From assembly GCA_024679065.1 (NCBI GenBank), contig JAGIQG010000019.1, positions 16,492,001 to 16,556,000 on the forward strand: 64,000 bases of DNA, written 5' to 3'. This document shows, piece by piece, positions 11,501-26,500 of this stretch. Under the pieces are notes generated by a model. That model had not been told where the DNA came from. It was given only the letters and a program-made list of their open reading frames with translations, and ran no database searches. Origin of the DNA: Sphyrna mokarran. Its lineage: Eukaryota. Position 1 is the first letter of the stretch; the number at the start of each line of letters is the position of its first letter. The position numbers were made by a program, and so were the translations under genes.

Positions 11501-14500
11501 AACCACTCAGCAACAGTGTATTCGGTTCAGGTGATGTTCGTCTTTGAATATTGAGCTGTGCATCTTGATAAATGGGAAACTTCTCAATATCGAGATCGAA
11601 ATAGTTTACTGAATAACAGAGTAATCATTATTTTGTGCAGGGTATCATTGTGTTTGAGTCTGAATCCCTTTAAAGCTTTCAATACATTCTATCTATCAGT
11701 ACGGTTTGAGACCATAAAGGGACACTGGAATCAGTGTTCCCAATTCAATCTTTCACAGTGATAATCTTCTGATGAAGAGCATGTCAGGGTTCAGATGGAA
11801 TACACTGTATATAAAATGAGATGCTAATATCCAATTGGGGCCCCTGTAAAAGAAAAAAATCTTTTTTGTTCATTTTCTCACGTCTTCTGTGCTGCCTCAC
11901 CTTCTAACTCTTTCAATTCTATCCTGATTCACATTGTGTGAATTGACTGTGAAAGTTTGTTTTCCTCCAGAAACAACAACAACTGCATCAACAGAGACAA
12001 CCAGCACAGCCACATCTACTGCCAGTTCCACATCTGGTAAGTGTTATCTTCTTTAATGAATGCTATTTCATCTTAAAGCCCTGGTAGTGAAAACTCCTCT
12101 GTCAGCTTTACTGCGTTCCTCACATTCTCGCATCACAAGATGGTGGGATCAGATCCATCTCCAGAGCCTTGTGTTTGGAATCCAGTTTGATCTTGTAGTG
12201 TCCTTCTGAGGAAGAAAAGCATTGTATTGATGTCTTGGCTACTGGATTAAATATTCCAGCTGGATCTTGTGTCCACATGCCAGTAAAATAAAAGTTCTTA
12301 CTGTGTTATTTCAAAGATGAGTTAAGATTTCCCTTTAAGATTCAGATCAATTCTGATCCATCTCTGCCCAAATGAATTAATACTATACCCATTTCGAACA
12401 TGACTGCACAACAATAGTTCCTTGGTTGTCAAGCCTTTTGATTGTATCAGGCAGCAGATGAATTGAACACATTTAATATTTGCAAACTCTCATTTAAATT
12501 ATGGAATTTGCTGTAAGTTGGTCAATTCCATCAAAACTTTCCATTCCAGTTGGATATTTTTTTTTTTGACCGTTTTGCTTGTTCTTCTGTAGAATCAACA
12601 ACCACAGGGACAAGCAGCACAACTGAGATGACTGCCAGCTCCACAACTGGTAAGGGATTCCTTCTTTCAATAAACATTTGGCAACTCTAACACAATTTTT
12701 TTTTAGTCCCTATTTCAGTATTTCCCCGCCCATGAAACACATTATTTCTTCCTGCTTGACACGAGACTGTTTTTGATTGTGATTATTATCTTTCAGAAAG
12801 GACAATTGCAACAGTATCACCAACTACAACTGGCTCGATCGGTAGCTCCACAACTGGTGAGTGCTGGTTTCTTCAGTGTATAATAGACACAAATGTTATT
12901 TTTCAGTCATCACATTGACAGTAAATAACTATTTGTTTATGCTTCCAGCTCAAGGAAACAGGCTTTTGCATTATCTATTGAAAAATTCTTGTTTCGATTT
13001 GTTTAAAATTTAACAATAACTTCTATTGAGCAGATTTCATCAGCTTTATTCTTCATAAAAGGAGAAATTCTGAAATTTCAGGCAGCAAGTCAGAGCATGC
13101 TAGACATCACCATGAATTATAACTTATGCGCTAGTGATGAGCTTCAGTGAATTCCAGTTCTAATCTGGATAATCAGGAATTATCTCCCAAAGCATCAGCA
13201 CATATTGAGCTGTTGAATAACTGAGAGTAAGAGCTTAGTTGTCACATCCATAGTTCAATGTGTGCTATTGTTGAATGAAGGATAATGTTGTGTTCTGACC
13301 TAAAGTTCCATTAGAAGCTCCATATTTATGAGTATTGTAAGAGTCAAAATTATCTTGGATGTGATTGTGCTCATTAGGGGCGATTTTACCAGGATTTGGC
13401 AAAGTGTCAGGATGTGAGAGTTGATCAGTTTTGCCTCCAGATCTCATGTCTGTGAAAACAAAACAAGTGGACGTGTTTCATATCTTTATGTAACTAGGCA
13501 GGGCTTAAACATGTCAGTAAAGTCTGGCTGCACGGAGATCGGAGTGACATGTTTAAAGCATGTCCTAGTCAGACCAGAAAGTAACCTCTCTGTCTTCTTT
13601 ATCTAGGTCTCTGCCTCCTCTTCACGCCCCATTCCTCAACAACAAACACTGACAGCATTCCTTCCCAGAATCGAAGCTAGCACCCGTCCTCAAACTGCAA
13701 TCTGAACCCACCCTTCCCACAAACTGGCAATGCTGGCACCTCCTCTCTTTGCTCCCAAACATCACCAGTATTGGACCACAATCCTCAGAGAGAATCATCC
13801 ACCCAAATGGCTACCACTGTCATCCACAGCGCTCTCACATTCCGCTCCCTCAACCCCACCACCACAAATAAATAAATCCCACCCATATCTCCCATAAGGC
13901 TCTTACTAAGATCCAGCATTGGCACTGCCATGGTTGGGCATTGGCATGATGCCAATCTGGCAGTACTAACCTGTGCCAGGTTCACATCTAGGTGAACCTG
14001 TTGTAAACGTCATTGAGATTTGAAACTATGGTTAGAGGTTAATCCATGATGGGGTGGGAGAATTCAATGGTATGAAAATATATTCAAATGTATTGAACTG
14101 AGGTTCACGCTCATGATGGGAGTGAACATGATTACATCAGCGCGGGATGGCGGAAATCAGAAATCATGATCTGTGTTCTGGTTGTAAATAATTTCTCTCC
14201 TCTTCAGAACAAACAACTTCAACAACAGTGCCAACCAGCACATCTCAATCTACCGTCAGTTCAACAACTGGTGAGTGAAGTTTTCTATCAATGAACATGG
14301 AAGATTATTTCCCTATTTCAGTACTTTCAATTATAAAGTCAGTGGCATTCCATTTCAAGATGGTTCTTCTAATAGTTTTTTAAATAATGTATTGTAAATT
14401 TGTCCCTAATTTTTTTTGTGTTGATTTGGCACAAAACATTGTCGTCTTTTGAAACTTCATAAATGGTTTTCAGGAAAGTGATCCAAATTCTGTGACTTTG

Positions 14501-17500
14501 AACATCTTGAATATTTTTCAGAGTTAACAACCACAACAGTGCCACCAACTACAACTGGATCAACCACTGGCTCCACAACTGGTGAGTGAGTTTTCTTTCA
14601 TTATACATTACAAGCACTTAAATACATGCGTTTCATTACATTGTCAGTTCCTTGTCTGTGAAAGTCTGTTGCCTTTCTCTTTCAGAGTATTCTTCCATTC
14701 TAGCCAGAGGGCAGTGTTTATTGGCATCAATGTTGACCAAAGTTTTTGGTTTCATTTCAAAAGCCAGCAGAAAGCACAATCTTGATTCAATAAGTCACCC
14801 TGAAATCAACCTCTCCTCTCTTAGAACGTAACTTCTACTGGTGACTAGATGTTTAACTAAATTAAACAAACCATTAAAGCACTTGGCACCAGTGTATTCA
14901 ATTAAGGGGATATTCATTACTGAATATTGATTTGTAGAACTTGAGACATGGGAAACTTCTAGAGATCTTAATGCAGATAATTATTTATTGAATAACAGTG
15001 TAATCACTATTTTGTGCAGAGTATTATTGTGTTGTGGCCTGAATCTTGTTTTAAGTTTTCAATGTATTCTATTTATCAACACAGTTTGAGACAATAAAGG
15101 GACACTGGAATCAGTGTTCCAAATTCAGTCTTTGATACTCTTCCGATGGAGAGCTTGTCAGTGGTTACATGGAATACACAATGTATAATATAACTTGCTA
15201 ATATTGAATTGGGCCCCTGTAGGGAAAGGATTTAATCTTTTCTGCACATTCTCTCATGTATTCCCTGCTGCCTCATGTTCTAACTCTTTCAATACTGTCC
15301 TAGTTCAAATTGTGTGAACTAATTTTGAAAGTCTTTGTTTCCCTTCAGAAACATCAACTACATCAACAGAGACAACTAGCACAGCGACTACTGCCCTTTC
15401 CATACCTGGTAAGTTTTTTCCATTTTGTGGAATAATTAAAGCTAAGCACGCAAAAAAAATAAATGTCCTGGACAGCGAAAATCCCTCTGTCAGCTTTGCT
15501 TGGTTCTTCGTATTCTCACACTAGAAAATAGGATTATAGAATTGTAGAATCTCTGCAGTGCAGTCAGAGTCCAGTTAGGCCTGCGCCAACAATAATACCA
15601 CCCTATTGCCATAACCCCACTTATTTACTCTGCTAGTCCCTCTGACACTTATGCCTGAATTTTACCATCACACCTGCCCAAATCTTGTAACATTGTGCCC
15701 AAGGCCAACAAGAATGCACTTCTGCAAACTTTCCCTGCCTGATTACTGGGACGGGCATGCCATTAAAGCTTTGGCATTAGAATCTCGTTAGCTTGGCCAA
15801 TCCATCTAATCTGCATGTCTTTGGACTGTGAAAGGAAACCAGAGTACCAAGGAAATGTAAGCAGGTGTTGGGAGAACATACAGACTCTGCACAGAAAAGT
15901 GACCCAAGGCTGGAATTGAACCTGGGTCCCTGGCACTGAGGTAGCACTGGTAACCAGATCTTACAGTGTGCTTCTAAGAAAGGAAAGCACTGGAATGATG
16001 TCCGTCTTGGACGAGATGATCTGTCAGAACGTCTGCGCACACACTAGTGAAATGACAGTTGTTGCTGTGTTTTTTCAGTGATGAATTGTGTTCTCTCTTT
16101 AGGGTGCTGATTAACGTGTTCATGCTTGAAACAAAATCTAATCTGTCAGCACCAAGGTCAATATGTGCAGTGGCACCATGCTGCTGGCCTCCCAATCACT
16201 TGTCCCTCAGAATATACAACCTATAAAATAACATGCTATAATACCAATTGGACATCTTTGGGAAAAGCTTTAATCTTTTCTGCACACTCCCTCTCTCAAC
16301 TGGTCAGTGCTGGTTTATAGCTGAAAATACTGAGTTTGGGAAAATGATCTTTAGTTCATTAAAAGAAAACTTCATTCACCTGTTGTGGTACTGATAGTAG
16401 AGACACATGCAGTGGTGACCTTGAGGATAGCTACCCACTTGATACCCAATCGATGCTGACGCAAAGGGCCAAGTGGCCTGCTTCTGTACTGGACCATTTC
16501 TCTGAATATGTAAGGATAACATGTCACTTGAAGGGAAACAAACACACTCTATATTGTGGCAGCAATTTGATTGGGGATTTGGGATTGGGGAAGAGTTTTG
16601 AAACCTGTAGTGAAAGACATTAATTTGTGAAATCATTGAAATTTCTATTGAACCTGTCTCAGTTCTGTTCCAATTCAAAATACTGTGTGATGGTTGTAAA
16701 TAATTTCTCTCCTCTTTAGGAGAAACAATTTCAACAACAGTGCCCACCACCACATCAGAGTCTACAACTGGTACCACAACTGGTGAGTGAAGTTTTCTAT
16801 GAATGAATGTGAAAGATATATTCCCAGGTTCAGTATTTTCCGTTAGCATCTGAATTACTTCTATTTAAACATCATTTCTGAATGATGCACTATTATTTTG
16901 CCCTTAATTACATTCTTTGATTTTACTTGGCAAAAGCCATTCTGTCTTGTATGAGATTGCAAAATATTTTTTAGGAATTTGGTCACAATTTTGTGACTTT
17001 GAACATCTTTAATTTTTTTCAGAGTTGACAAGTACAGCAGTGTCACCAACAACTGGCTCAACCACTGGCTCCACAACTGGTGAGTGATTCCTCTTTCATT
17101 GTACATTGCAAGGATTTAGATACAAGCAGTTTTATTACGTCGTCAGTTCCTTGTCTGTGAAAGTCTGTTGCCTTCTCTCCTGGTGTATTCTTCCATTCCC
17201 GCCAGAGGCAGTGTTTATTGGCATCAGTATTTCTTTTTGATTTATTCCAAAAGCCAGCTGAGAGCACACACTTGATTGAAATAAATCTTAAAATCTGCCT
17301 CTCCTGTCCCAGCGTACAGTATATTATAAAGAGATAACTAGATTGTAAAACTAAATCAAAGATAACATGAAACCACTCAGCAACAGTGTATTTGGTTCAG
17401 GCGATGTTCGTCTTTGAATATTGAGCTGTGCATCTTGATAAATGGGAAACTTCTCAAGATCGAGATCGAAATAGTTTACTGAATAACAGAGTAATCACTA

Positions 17501-20500
17501 TTTTGTGCAGGGTATCATTGTGTTTGAGTCTGAATCCCTTTAAAGCTTTCAATATACTCTATCTATCAGTACGGTTTGAGACCATAAAGGGACACTGGAA
17601 TCAGTGTTCCCAATTCAATCTTTCACAGTGATAATCTTCTGATGAAGAGCATGTCAGGGTTCAGATGGAATACACCGTATATAAAATGAGATGCTAATAT
17701 CCAATTGGGGCCCCTGTAAAAAAAAAGAAAAATATTTTTTGCTCATTTTCTCATGTCTTCTGTGCTGCCTCACCTTCTAACTCTTTCAATTCTATCCTGA
17801 TTCACATTGTGAGAGTTGACTGTGAAAGTTTGTTTTCCTCCAGAAACAACAACAACTGCATCAACAGAGACAACCAGCACAGCCACATCTACTGCCAGTT
17901 CCACATCTGGTAAGTGTTATCTTCTTTAATGAATGCTATTTCATCTTAAAGCCCTGGTAGTGAAAACTCCTCTGTCAGCTTTACTGCGTTCCTCACATTC
18001 TCGCATCACAAGATGGTGGGATCAGATCCATCTCCAGAGCCTTGTGTTTGGAATCCAGTTTGATCTTGTAGTGTCCTTCTGAGGAAGAAAAGCATTGTAT
18101 TGATGTCTTGGCTACTGGATTAAATATTCCAGCTGGATCTTGTGTCCACATGCCAGTAAAATAAAAGTTCTTACTGTGTTATTTCAAAGATGAGTTAAGA
18201 TTTCCCTTTAAGATTCTGATCAATTCTGATCCATCTCTGCCCAAATGAATTAATACTATACCCATTTCGAACATGACTGCACAACAATAATTCCCTGGTT
18301 GTCAAGCCTTTTGATCTTATCAGGCAGCAGATGAATTGAACACATTTAATATTTGCAAACTCTCATTTAAATTATGGAATTTGCTGTAAGTTGCTCAATT
18401 CCATCAAAACTTTCCATTCCAGTTGGATATATATTTTTTTGATCGTTTTGCTTGTTCTTCTGTACAATCAACAACCACAGGGACAAGCAGCACAACTGAG
18501 ATGACTGCCAGTTCCTCAACTGGTGAGGGATTCCTTCTTTCAATAAACATTTGGCAACTCTAACACAATTTTTTTTTTTAATCCCTATCTCAGTATTTCC
18601 CCGCCCATGAAACACATTATTTCTTACTGCTTGACACGAGACTGTTTTTGATTGTGATTATTATCTTTCAGAAAGGACAATTGCAACAGTATCACCAACT
18701 ACAACTGGCTCGATCGGTAGCTCCACAACTGGTGAGTGCTGGTTTCTTCAGTGTATAATAGACACAAATGTTATTTTTCAGTCATCACATTGATAGTAAA
18801 TAACTATTCGTTTATGCTTCCAGCTCAAGGAAATAGGCTTTTGCATTATCTATTGAAAAATTCTTGTTTTGATTAGTTTAAAATTTAACAATAACTTCTA
18901 TTGAGCAGATTTCATCAGCTTTATTCTTCATAAAAGGAGAAATTCTGAAATTTCAGGCAGCAAGTCAGAGCATGCTAGACATCACCATGAATTATAACTT
19001 ATGCGCTAGTGATGAGCTTCAGTGAATTCCAGTTCTAATCTGGATAATCAGGAATTATCTCCCAAAGCATCAGCACATATTGAGCTGTTGAATAACTGAG
19101 AGTAAGAGCTTAGTTGTCACATCCATAGTTCAATGTGTGCCATTGTTGAATGAAGGATAATATTGTGTTCTGACCTAAAGTTCCATTAGAAGCTCCATAT
19201 TTATGAGTATTGTAAGAGTCAAAATTATCTTGGATGTGATTGTGCTCATTAGGGGCGATTTTACCAGGATTTGGCAAAGTGTCAGGATGTGAGAGTTGAT
19301 CAGTTTTGCCTCCAGATCTCATGTCTGTGAAAACAAAACAAGTGGATGTGTTTCATATCTTTATGTAACTAGGCAGGGCTTAAACATGTCAGTAAAGTCT
19401 GGCTGCACGGAGATCGGAGTGACATGTTTAAAGCATGTCCTAGTCAGACCAGAAAGTAACCTCTCTGTCTTCTTTATCTAGGTCTCTGCCTCCTCTTCAC
19501 GCCCCATTCCTCAACAACAAACACTGACAGCATTCCTTCCCAGAATCGAAGCTAGCACCCGTCCTCAAACTGCAATCAGAACCCACCCTTCCCACAAACT
19601 GGCAATGCTGGCACCTCCTCTCTTTGCTCCCAAACATCACCAGTATTGGACCACAATCCTCAGAGAGAATCATCCACCCAAATGGCTACCACTGTCATCC
19701 ACAGCTCTCACACATTCCGCTCCCTCAACCCCACCACCACAAATAAATAAATCCCACCCATATCTCCCATAAGGCTCTTACTAAGATCCAGCATTGGCAC
19801 TGCCATGGTTGGGCATTGGCATGATGCCAATCTGGCAGTACTAACCTGTGCCAGGTTCACATCTAGGTGAACCTGTTGTAAACGTCATTGAGATTTGAAA
19901 CTATGGTTAGAGGTTAATCCATGATGGGGTGGGAGAATTCAATGGTATGAAAATATATTCAAATGTATTGAACTGAGGTTCACGCTCATGATGGGAGTGA
20001 ACATGATTACATCAGCGCGGGATGGCGGAAATCAGAAATCATGATCTGTGTTCTGGTTGTAAATAATTTCTCTCCTCTTCAGAACAAACAACTTCAACAA
20101 CAGTGCCAACCAGCACATCTCAATCTACCGTCAGTTCAACAACTGGTGAGTGAAGTTTTCTATCAATGAACATGGAAGATTATTTCCCTATTTCAGTACT
20201 TTCAATTATAAAGTCAGTGGCATTCCATTTCAAGATGGTTCTTCTAATAGTTTTTTAAATAATGTATTGTAAATTTGTCCCTAATTTTTTTTGTGTTGAT
20301 TTGGCACAAAACATTGTCGTCTTTTGAAACTTCATAAATGGTTTTCAGGAAAGTGATCCAAATTCTGTGACTTTGAACATCTTAAATATTTTTCAGAGTT
20401 AACAACCACAACAGTGCCACCAACTACAACTGGATCAACCACTGGCTCCACAACTGGTGAGTGAGTTTTCTTTCATTATACATTACAAGCACTTAAATAC

Positions 20501-23500
20501 ATGCGTTTCATTACATTGTCAGTTCCTTGTCTGTGAAAGTCTGTTGCCTTTCTCTTTCAGAGTATTCTTCCATTCTAGCCAGAGGGCAGTGTTTATTGGC
20601 ATCAATGTTGACCAAAGTTTTTGGTTTCATTTCAAAAGCCAGCAGAAAGCACAATCTTGATTCAATAAGTCACCCTGAAATCAACCTCTCCTCTCTTAGA
20701 ACGTAACTTCTACTGGTGACTAGATGTTTAACTAAATTAAACAAACCATTAAAGCACTTGGCACCAGTGTATTCAATTAAGGGGATATTCATTACTGAAT
20801 ATTGATTTGTAGAACTTGAGACATGGGAAACTTCTAGAGATCTTAATGCAGATAATTATTTATTGAATAACAGTGTAATCACTATTTTGTGCAGAGTATT
20901 ATTGTGTTGTGGCCTGAATCTTGTTTTAAGTTTTCAATGTATTCTATTTATCAACACAGTTTGAGACAATAAAGGGACACTGGAATCAGTGTTCCAAATT
21001 CAGTCTTTGATACTCTTCCGATGGAGAGCTTGTCAGTGGTTACATGGAATACACAATGTATAATATAACTTGCTAATATTGAATTGGGCCCCTGTAGGGA
21101 AAGGATTTAATCTTTTCTGCTCATTCTCTCATGTATTCCCTGCTGCCTCATGTTCTAACTCTTTCAATACTGTCCTAGTTCAAATTGTGTGAACTAATTG
21201 TGAAAGTCTTTGTTTCCCTTCAGAAACATCAACTACATCAACAGAGACAACTAGCACAGCCACTTCTACTGCCCTTTCCACACCTGGTAAGTTTTTTTTT
21301 TCCATTTTGTGGAATAATTAAAGCTAAGCACGCAAAAAAAAAAAATGTCCTGGACAGCGAAAACCCCTCTGTCAGCTTTGCTTGGTTCTTCGTATTCTCA
21401 CACTAGAAAATAGGATTATAGAATTGTAGAATCTCTGCAGTGCAGTAGGAGGCCAGTTAGGCCTGCGCCAACAATAATACCACCCTATTGCCATAACCCC
21501 ACTTATTTACTCTGCTAGTCCCTCTGACACTTATGCCTGAATTTTACCATCACACCTGCCCAAATCTTGTAACATTGTGCCCAAGGCCAACAAGAATGCA
21601 CTTCTGCAAACTTTCCCTGCCTGATTATTGGGACGGGCATGCCATTAAAGCTTTGGCATTAGAATCTCGTTAGCTTGGCCAATCCATCTAATCTGCATGT
21701 CTTTGGACTGTGAAAGGAAACCAGAGTACCAAGGAAATGTAAGCAGGTGTTGGGAGAACATACAGACTCTTCACAGAAAAGTGACCCAAGGCTGGAATTG
21801 AACCTGGGTCCCTGGCACTGAGGTAGCACTGGTAACTAGCTCTTAGTGTCCTTCTAAGAAAGGAAAGCACTGGAATGATGTCTGTCTTGGATGAGATGAT
21901 CTGTCGGGAACGTCTGCGCACACACTGGTGAAATGACAGTTGTTGCTGTGTTTTTTCAGTGATGAATTGTGTTCCCTCTTTAGGGTGCTGATTAATGTGT
22001 TCATGCTTGAAACAAAATCTAATCTGTCAGCACCAAGGTCATTACATGCAGTGGCATTACGCTGCTGGCCTCCCAATCACTTGTCCCTCCGAATATACAA
22101 CCTATAAAATAACATGCTATAATATCCAATTGGGCATCTTTGGGAAAGGCTTTAATCTTTTCTGCACACTCCCTCTCAGTGTTGGTTTATAGCTGAAAAT
22201 ACTGAGTTTGGGAAAATAATCTTTAGTTCATTAAAAGAAAACTTCATTCACCTGTTGTGGTACTGATAGTAGAGACACATGCAGTGGTGACCTTGAGGAT
22301 AGCTACCCACTTGATACCTAATCAATGCTGACGCAAAGGGCCAAGTGGCCTCCTTCTGTACTGGACTATTTCTTTGAATATGTAAGGATAACATGTCACT
22401 TGAATGGAAACAAACACACTCTATATTGTGGCAGTAATTTGATTGGGGAAGAGTTTTGAAACCTGTAGTGAAAGACATTAATTTGTGAAATCATTGAAAT
22501 TTCTATTGAACCTGTCTCAGTTCTGTTCCAATTCAAAATTCTGTGTGATGGTTGTAAATAATTTCTCTCCTCTTCAGGAGAAACAATTTCAACAACGGTG
22601 CCCACCACATCAGAGTCTACAACTGGTGAGTGAAGTTTTCTATTAATGAATGTGAAAAATATTTTCCCAGGTTCAGTATTTTCCGTTAGCATCTGAATTA
22701 CTTCTATTTAAACATCATTTCTGAATGATGCACTATTATTTTGCCCTTAATTACATTCTTTGATTTTACTTGGCAAAAGCCATTCTGTCTTGTATGAAAT
22801 TGCAAAATGTTTTTTTAGGAATTTGGTCACAATTCTGTGGCTTTGTGATTTTGAGCATCTTTAATATTTTTCAGAGTTGACAAGTACAACAGTGTCACCA
22901 ACAACAACTGGCTCAATAACTAGTGAGTGATTTCTCTTTCATTATACATTGCAAGGATTTAGACACAAGCAGTTTTATTACATCGTCAGTTCCTTGTCTG
23001 AAATTTTGTTGCCTTCTCTCCTGGTGTATTCTTCCATTCCCGTCAGAGGGCAGTGTTTATTGGCATCAGTATTTCTTTTTGATTTATTCGAAAAGACAGC
23101 TGAGAGCACACACTTGATTGAAATAAATCTTAAAACCTGCCTCTCCTGTCTCAGCGTACAGAACATTATAAAGAGATAATTAGATTGTAAAACTAAATCG
23201 AAGATAACATGAAACCACTCGGCAACAGTGTATTCATTTCAGGTGATGTTCATCTTTGAATGTTGAGCTGTACATCTTGATAAATGGGAAACTTCTCGAG
23301 ATCAAAATGCAGGTAGTAGTTTATTGAATAACACAGTAATCACTATTCTGTGCAGGGTATCATTGTGTTCGAGTCTGAATCTCCTTTAAAGTTTTCAATA
23401 TATTTTATCTGTCAGTACAGTTTGAGACCATAAAGGAAGACTGGAATCAGTGTACCCAATTCAATCTTTCATTGTGATACTCTTCTGTTGGAGAGCTTAT

Positions 23501-26500
23501 CAGGGTTCAGATGTAATACACAATGTATAAAATGAGATGCTAAAATCCAATTGGAGCCCCTGTTTTAAAAAAAAAAGCTTTAATCTTTTTTGCTCTTTCT
23601 CTCTCATGTATTCCGTGCTGCCTCACCTTCTAACTCTTTCAATACTATCCTGATTCAAATTGTGAGAGTTGACTGTGAAAGTTTGTTTTCCTCCAGAAAC
23701 AACAACAACTGCATCAACAGAGACAACCAGCACAGCCACTTCTACTGCCAGTTCCACACCGGGTAAGAGTTGTCTTCTTTAAGGAAAGTAAGAATGCTAT
23801 TTCATCTTAAAGCCCTGGTAGTGAAAACTCTTCTGTTATCTTTACTGCGTTCCTCACATTCTCGCATCACAAGATGATGGGATCAGATCTACCTCCAGAG
23901 CCTTCTGTTTGGGATCCAGTTTGATCTTGTAGTGTCCTTCTGAGGAAGGAAAGCATTGTATTGATCTCTTGGCTACTGGATTAGATATTACAGCAGGATC
24001 TTGTGTGCACACGCCAGTAAAATAAAAGTTCTTACTGTGTTATTTCAAAGATGAGTTAAGATTCTGATCAATTCTGATCCATCTCTGCCCAAATGGATTG
24101 ATACTATACCCATTTTGAACATGACTGCACAACAATAGTTCCTTGGTTGTCGAGCCTTTTGATCGTATCAGGCAGTAGATGAATTGAACACATTTAATAT
24201 TTGCAAACTCTCATTTAAATTATGGATTTTGCTGTAAGTTGGTCAATTCCATCAAAACTTTCCATTCCAGTTGGATATATTATTTTCTTGACCGTTTTGC
24301 TTGTTCATCTGTAGAATCAACAACAACAACAGGAACAAGGACCATAACTGAGATGACTGCCAGTTCCACAGCTGGTGAGGGATTCCTTCTTTCAATAAAC
24401 ATTTAGCAACTCTAACACAATTTTTTTTATCCCCATTTCAGTATTTCCCCGCCCATGAAGCATATTATTTCTTCCTGCTTGATGCGAGACTGTTTTTGAT
24501 TGTGATTATTATCTTTCAGAAAGGACAATTGCAACAGTGTCACCAACTACAACTGGCTCGATCGGTAGCTCCACAACTGGTGAGTGCTGGTTTCTTCAGT
24601 GTATAATAGACACAAATGTTATTTTTCAGTCATCACATTGATAGTAAATAACTATTCGTTTATGCTTCCAGCTCAAGGAAACAGGCTTTTGCATTATCTA
24701 TTGAAAAATTCTTGTTTTGATTCGTTTAAAATTTAACAATAACTTCTATTGAGCAGATTTCATCAGCTTTTATTCTTCATAAAAGGAGAAATTCTGAAAT
24801 TTCAGGCAGCAAGTCAGAGCATGCTAGACATCACCATGAATTATAACTTATGCGCTAGTGATGAGCTTCAGTGAATTCCAGTTCTAATCTGGATAATCAG
24901 GAATTATCTCCCAAAGCATCAGCACATATTGAGCTGTTGAATAACTGAGAGTAAGAGCTTAGTTGTCACATCCATATTTCAATGTGTGCCATTGTTGAAT
25001 GAAGGATAATATTGTGTTCTGACCTAAAGTTCCATTAGAAGCTCCATGTTTATGAGTATTTTAAGAGTCAAAATTATCTTGTCTCATGTCTCTGAAAACA
25101 AAACAAGTGGACGTGTTTCATATCTTTATGTAAACAAGCAGGGCTTAAACATGCCGGTAAATTCTGGCTGCATTGAAATAGGAGTGACGTGTTTAAAGGA
25201 CGTGTCCTAATCAGAGGAGAAAGTAACCTCCCCGTCTTCTTTATCTAGGTCTCCGCTTCCTCTTCACCCTCCGATTCCTCTACCATAAATAGTGACAGCA
25301 TTCCTTCCCAGGATCCGAGCTAGCACCCCTCCTCCAAACTGCAATCAGAATCCAATCTTCCATCCAACTGGGAATTTGGCACCCTCCTTTCTTTGTTTGC
25401 TGCCGAACATCACCAGTATCGGACCACCATTCTCAGAAAGAACCATCCACCCAAACTGCTACCACTGTCATCCACAGCTCTCATACGTTCCTCTCGCTCA
25501 CCCCCACTACCATAAATAAATGAATCCCACCCATATCTTCCATAAGGCTTTTACTAAGATCCAGCTTTGGCACTGCCATGGTTTGGCATGGGCATGATGC
25601 CAATCTGGCAGTACTAACCTGTGCCAGGTTCACATCTTGGTGAACCTGTTGTAAACATCATCGAGATTTGAAATTATGGTGAGGGGTTAATCCATGATGG
25701 GGTGGGAGAATTCAATGGTATGAAAGTATATTGAACTGAGGTTCACGCCCATGATGGGGGTGAACATGAATACATCATCAGCGTGGGATGGTGAAAATCA
25801 GAAATCATGATCTGTGTTTTGGTTGTAAATAATTTCTCTCCTGTTCAGAACAAACAACTTCAACAACAGTGCCAACCAGCACATCTGAGTCTACTGCCCG
25901 TTCCACCACTGGTGAGTGAAGTTTTCTATCAATGAATATGGAGAATTATTTCAGTACTTTCAATTATAAAGTTAATGACATTCCATTTCAAGATTGTTCT
26001 TCTAATAGCTTTTTAAATAATGCATTGTAAATTTATCCCTTTTTTTGTGTGTGTTGATTTGGCACAAAACATTGTCGTCTTTTGAAAATTCATAAATAGC
26101 TTTCAGGAAATTGATCCAAATTCTGTGACTTTGAACATCTTTAATATTTTTCAGAGTTAACAACCACAACAGTGCCACCAACTACAACAATTGGCTCAAC
26201 CACTGGCTCCACAACTGGTGAGTGCTAGTTTCTTCAGTGTAAAATAGCAAGGCATCAGACACAAGTGTTATTTTTCATATCCAGTTTATTGACAGTGACA
26301 GTCCATTCCTTTACACTTCTAGTAACTTAACCTCTGTCCTCAAGCAGGAAAAGACTATTTGATTAGCTATTTCGGAAATCTGGTTTTGATTTATTTAAAT
26401 TATAATGGTAAAACTTCCTTTAATACTGACCATTGAGGTCAGACACTTTGGCTGGGATTCTCTCAGAAAAAAATCTGGTCCAACATATGGAAAAGCTGGA

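Larger units (their letters stand above)
1..26240 (+). repeat. ~5.87-kb intragenic tandem repeat, 8 micro-exons per unit; 4 full units plus partial flanks
   Basis: Exon A starts at 2474, 8342, 14208, 20083 and 25849 (spacings 5868, 5866, 5875, 5766). Introns are near-identical between units, and the same spurious ORFs recur in the ORF track. Confidence 0.97.

Noticed and set aside
2474-25848. Tandem array as a pure assembly artefact
   Set aside because: Each unit has its own substitutions and in-frame exon indels. Exact copy number and phasing still need long-read confirmation.
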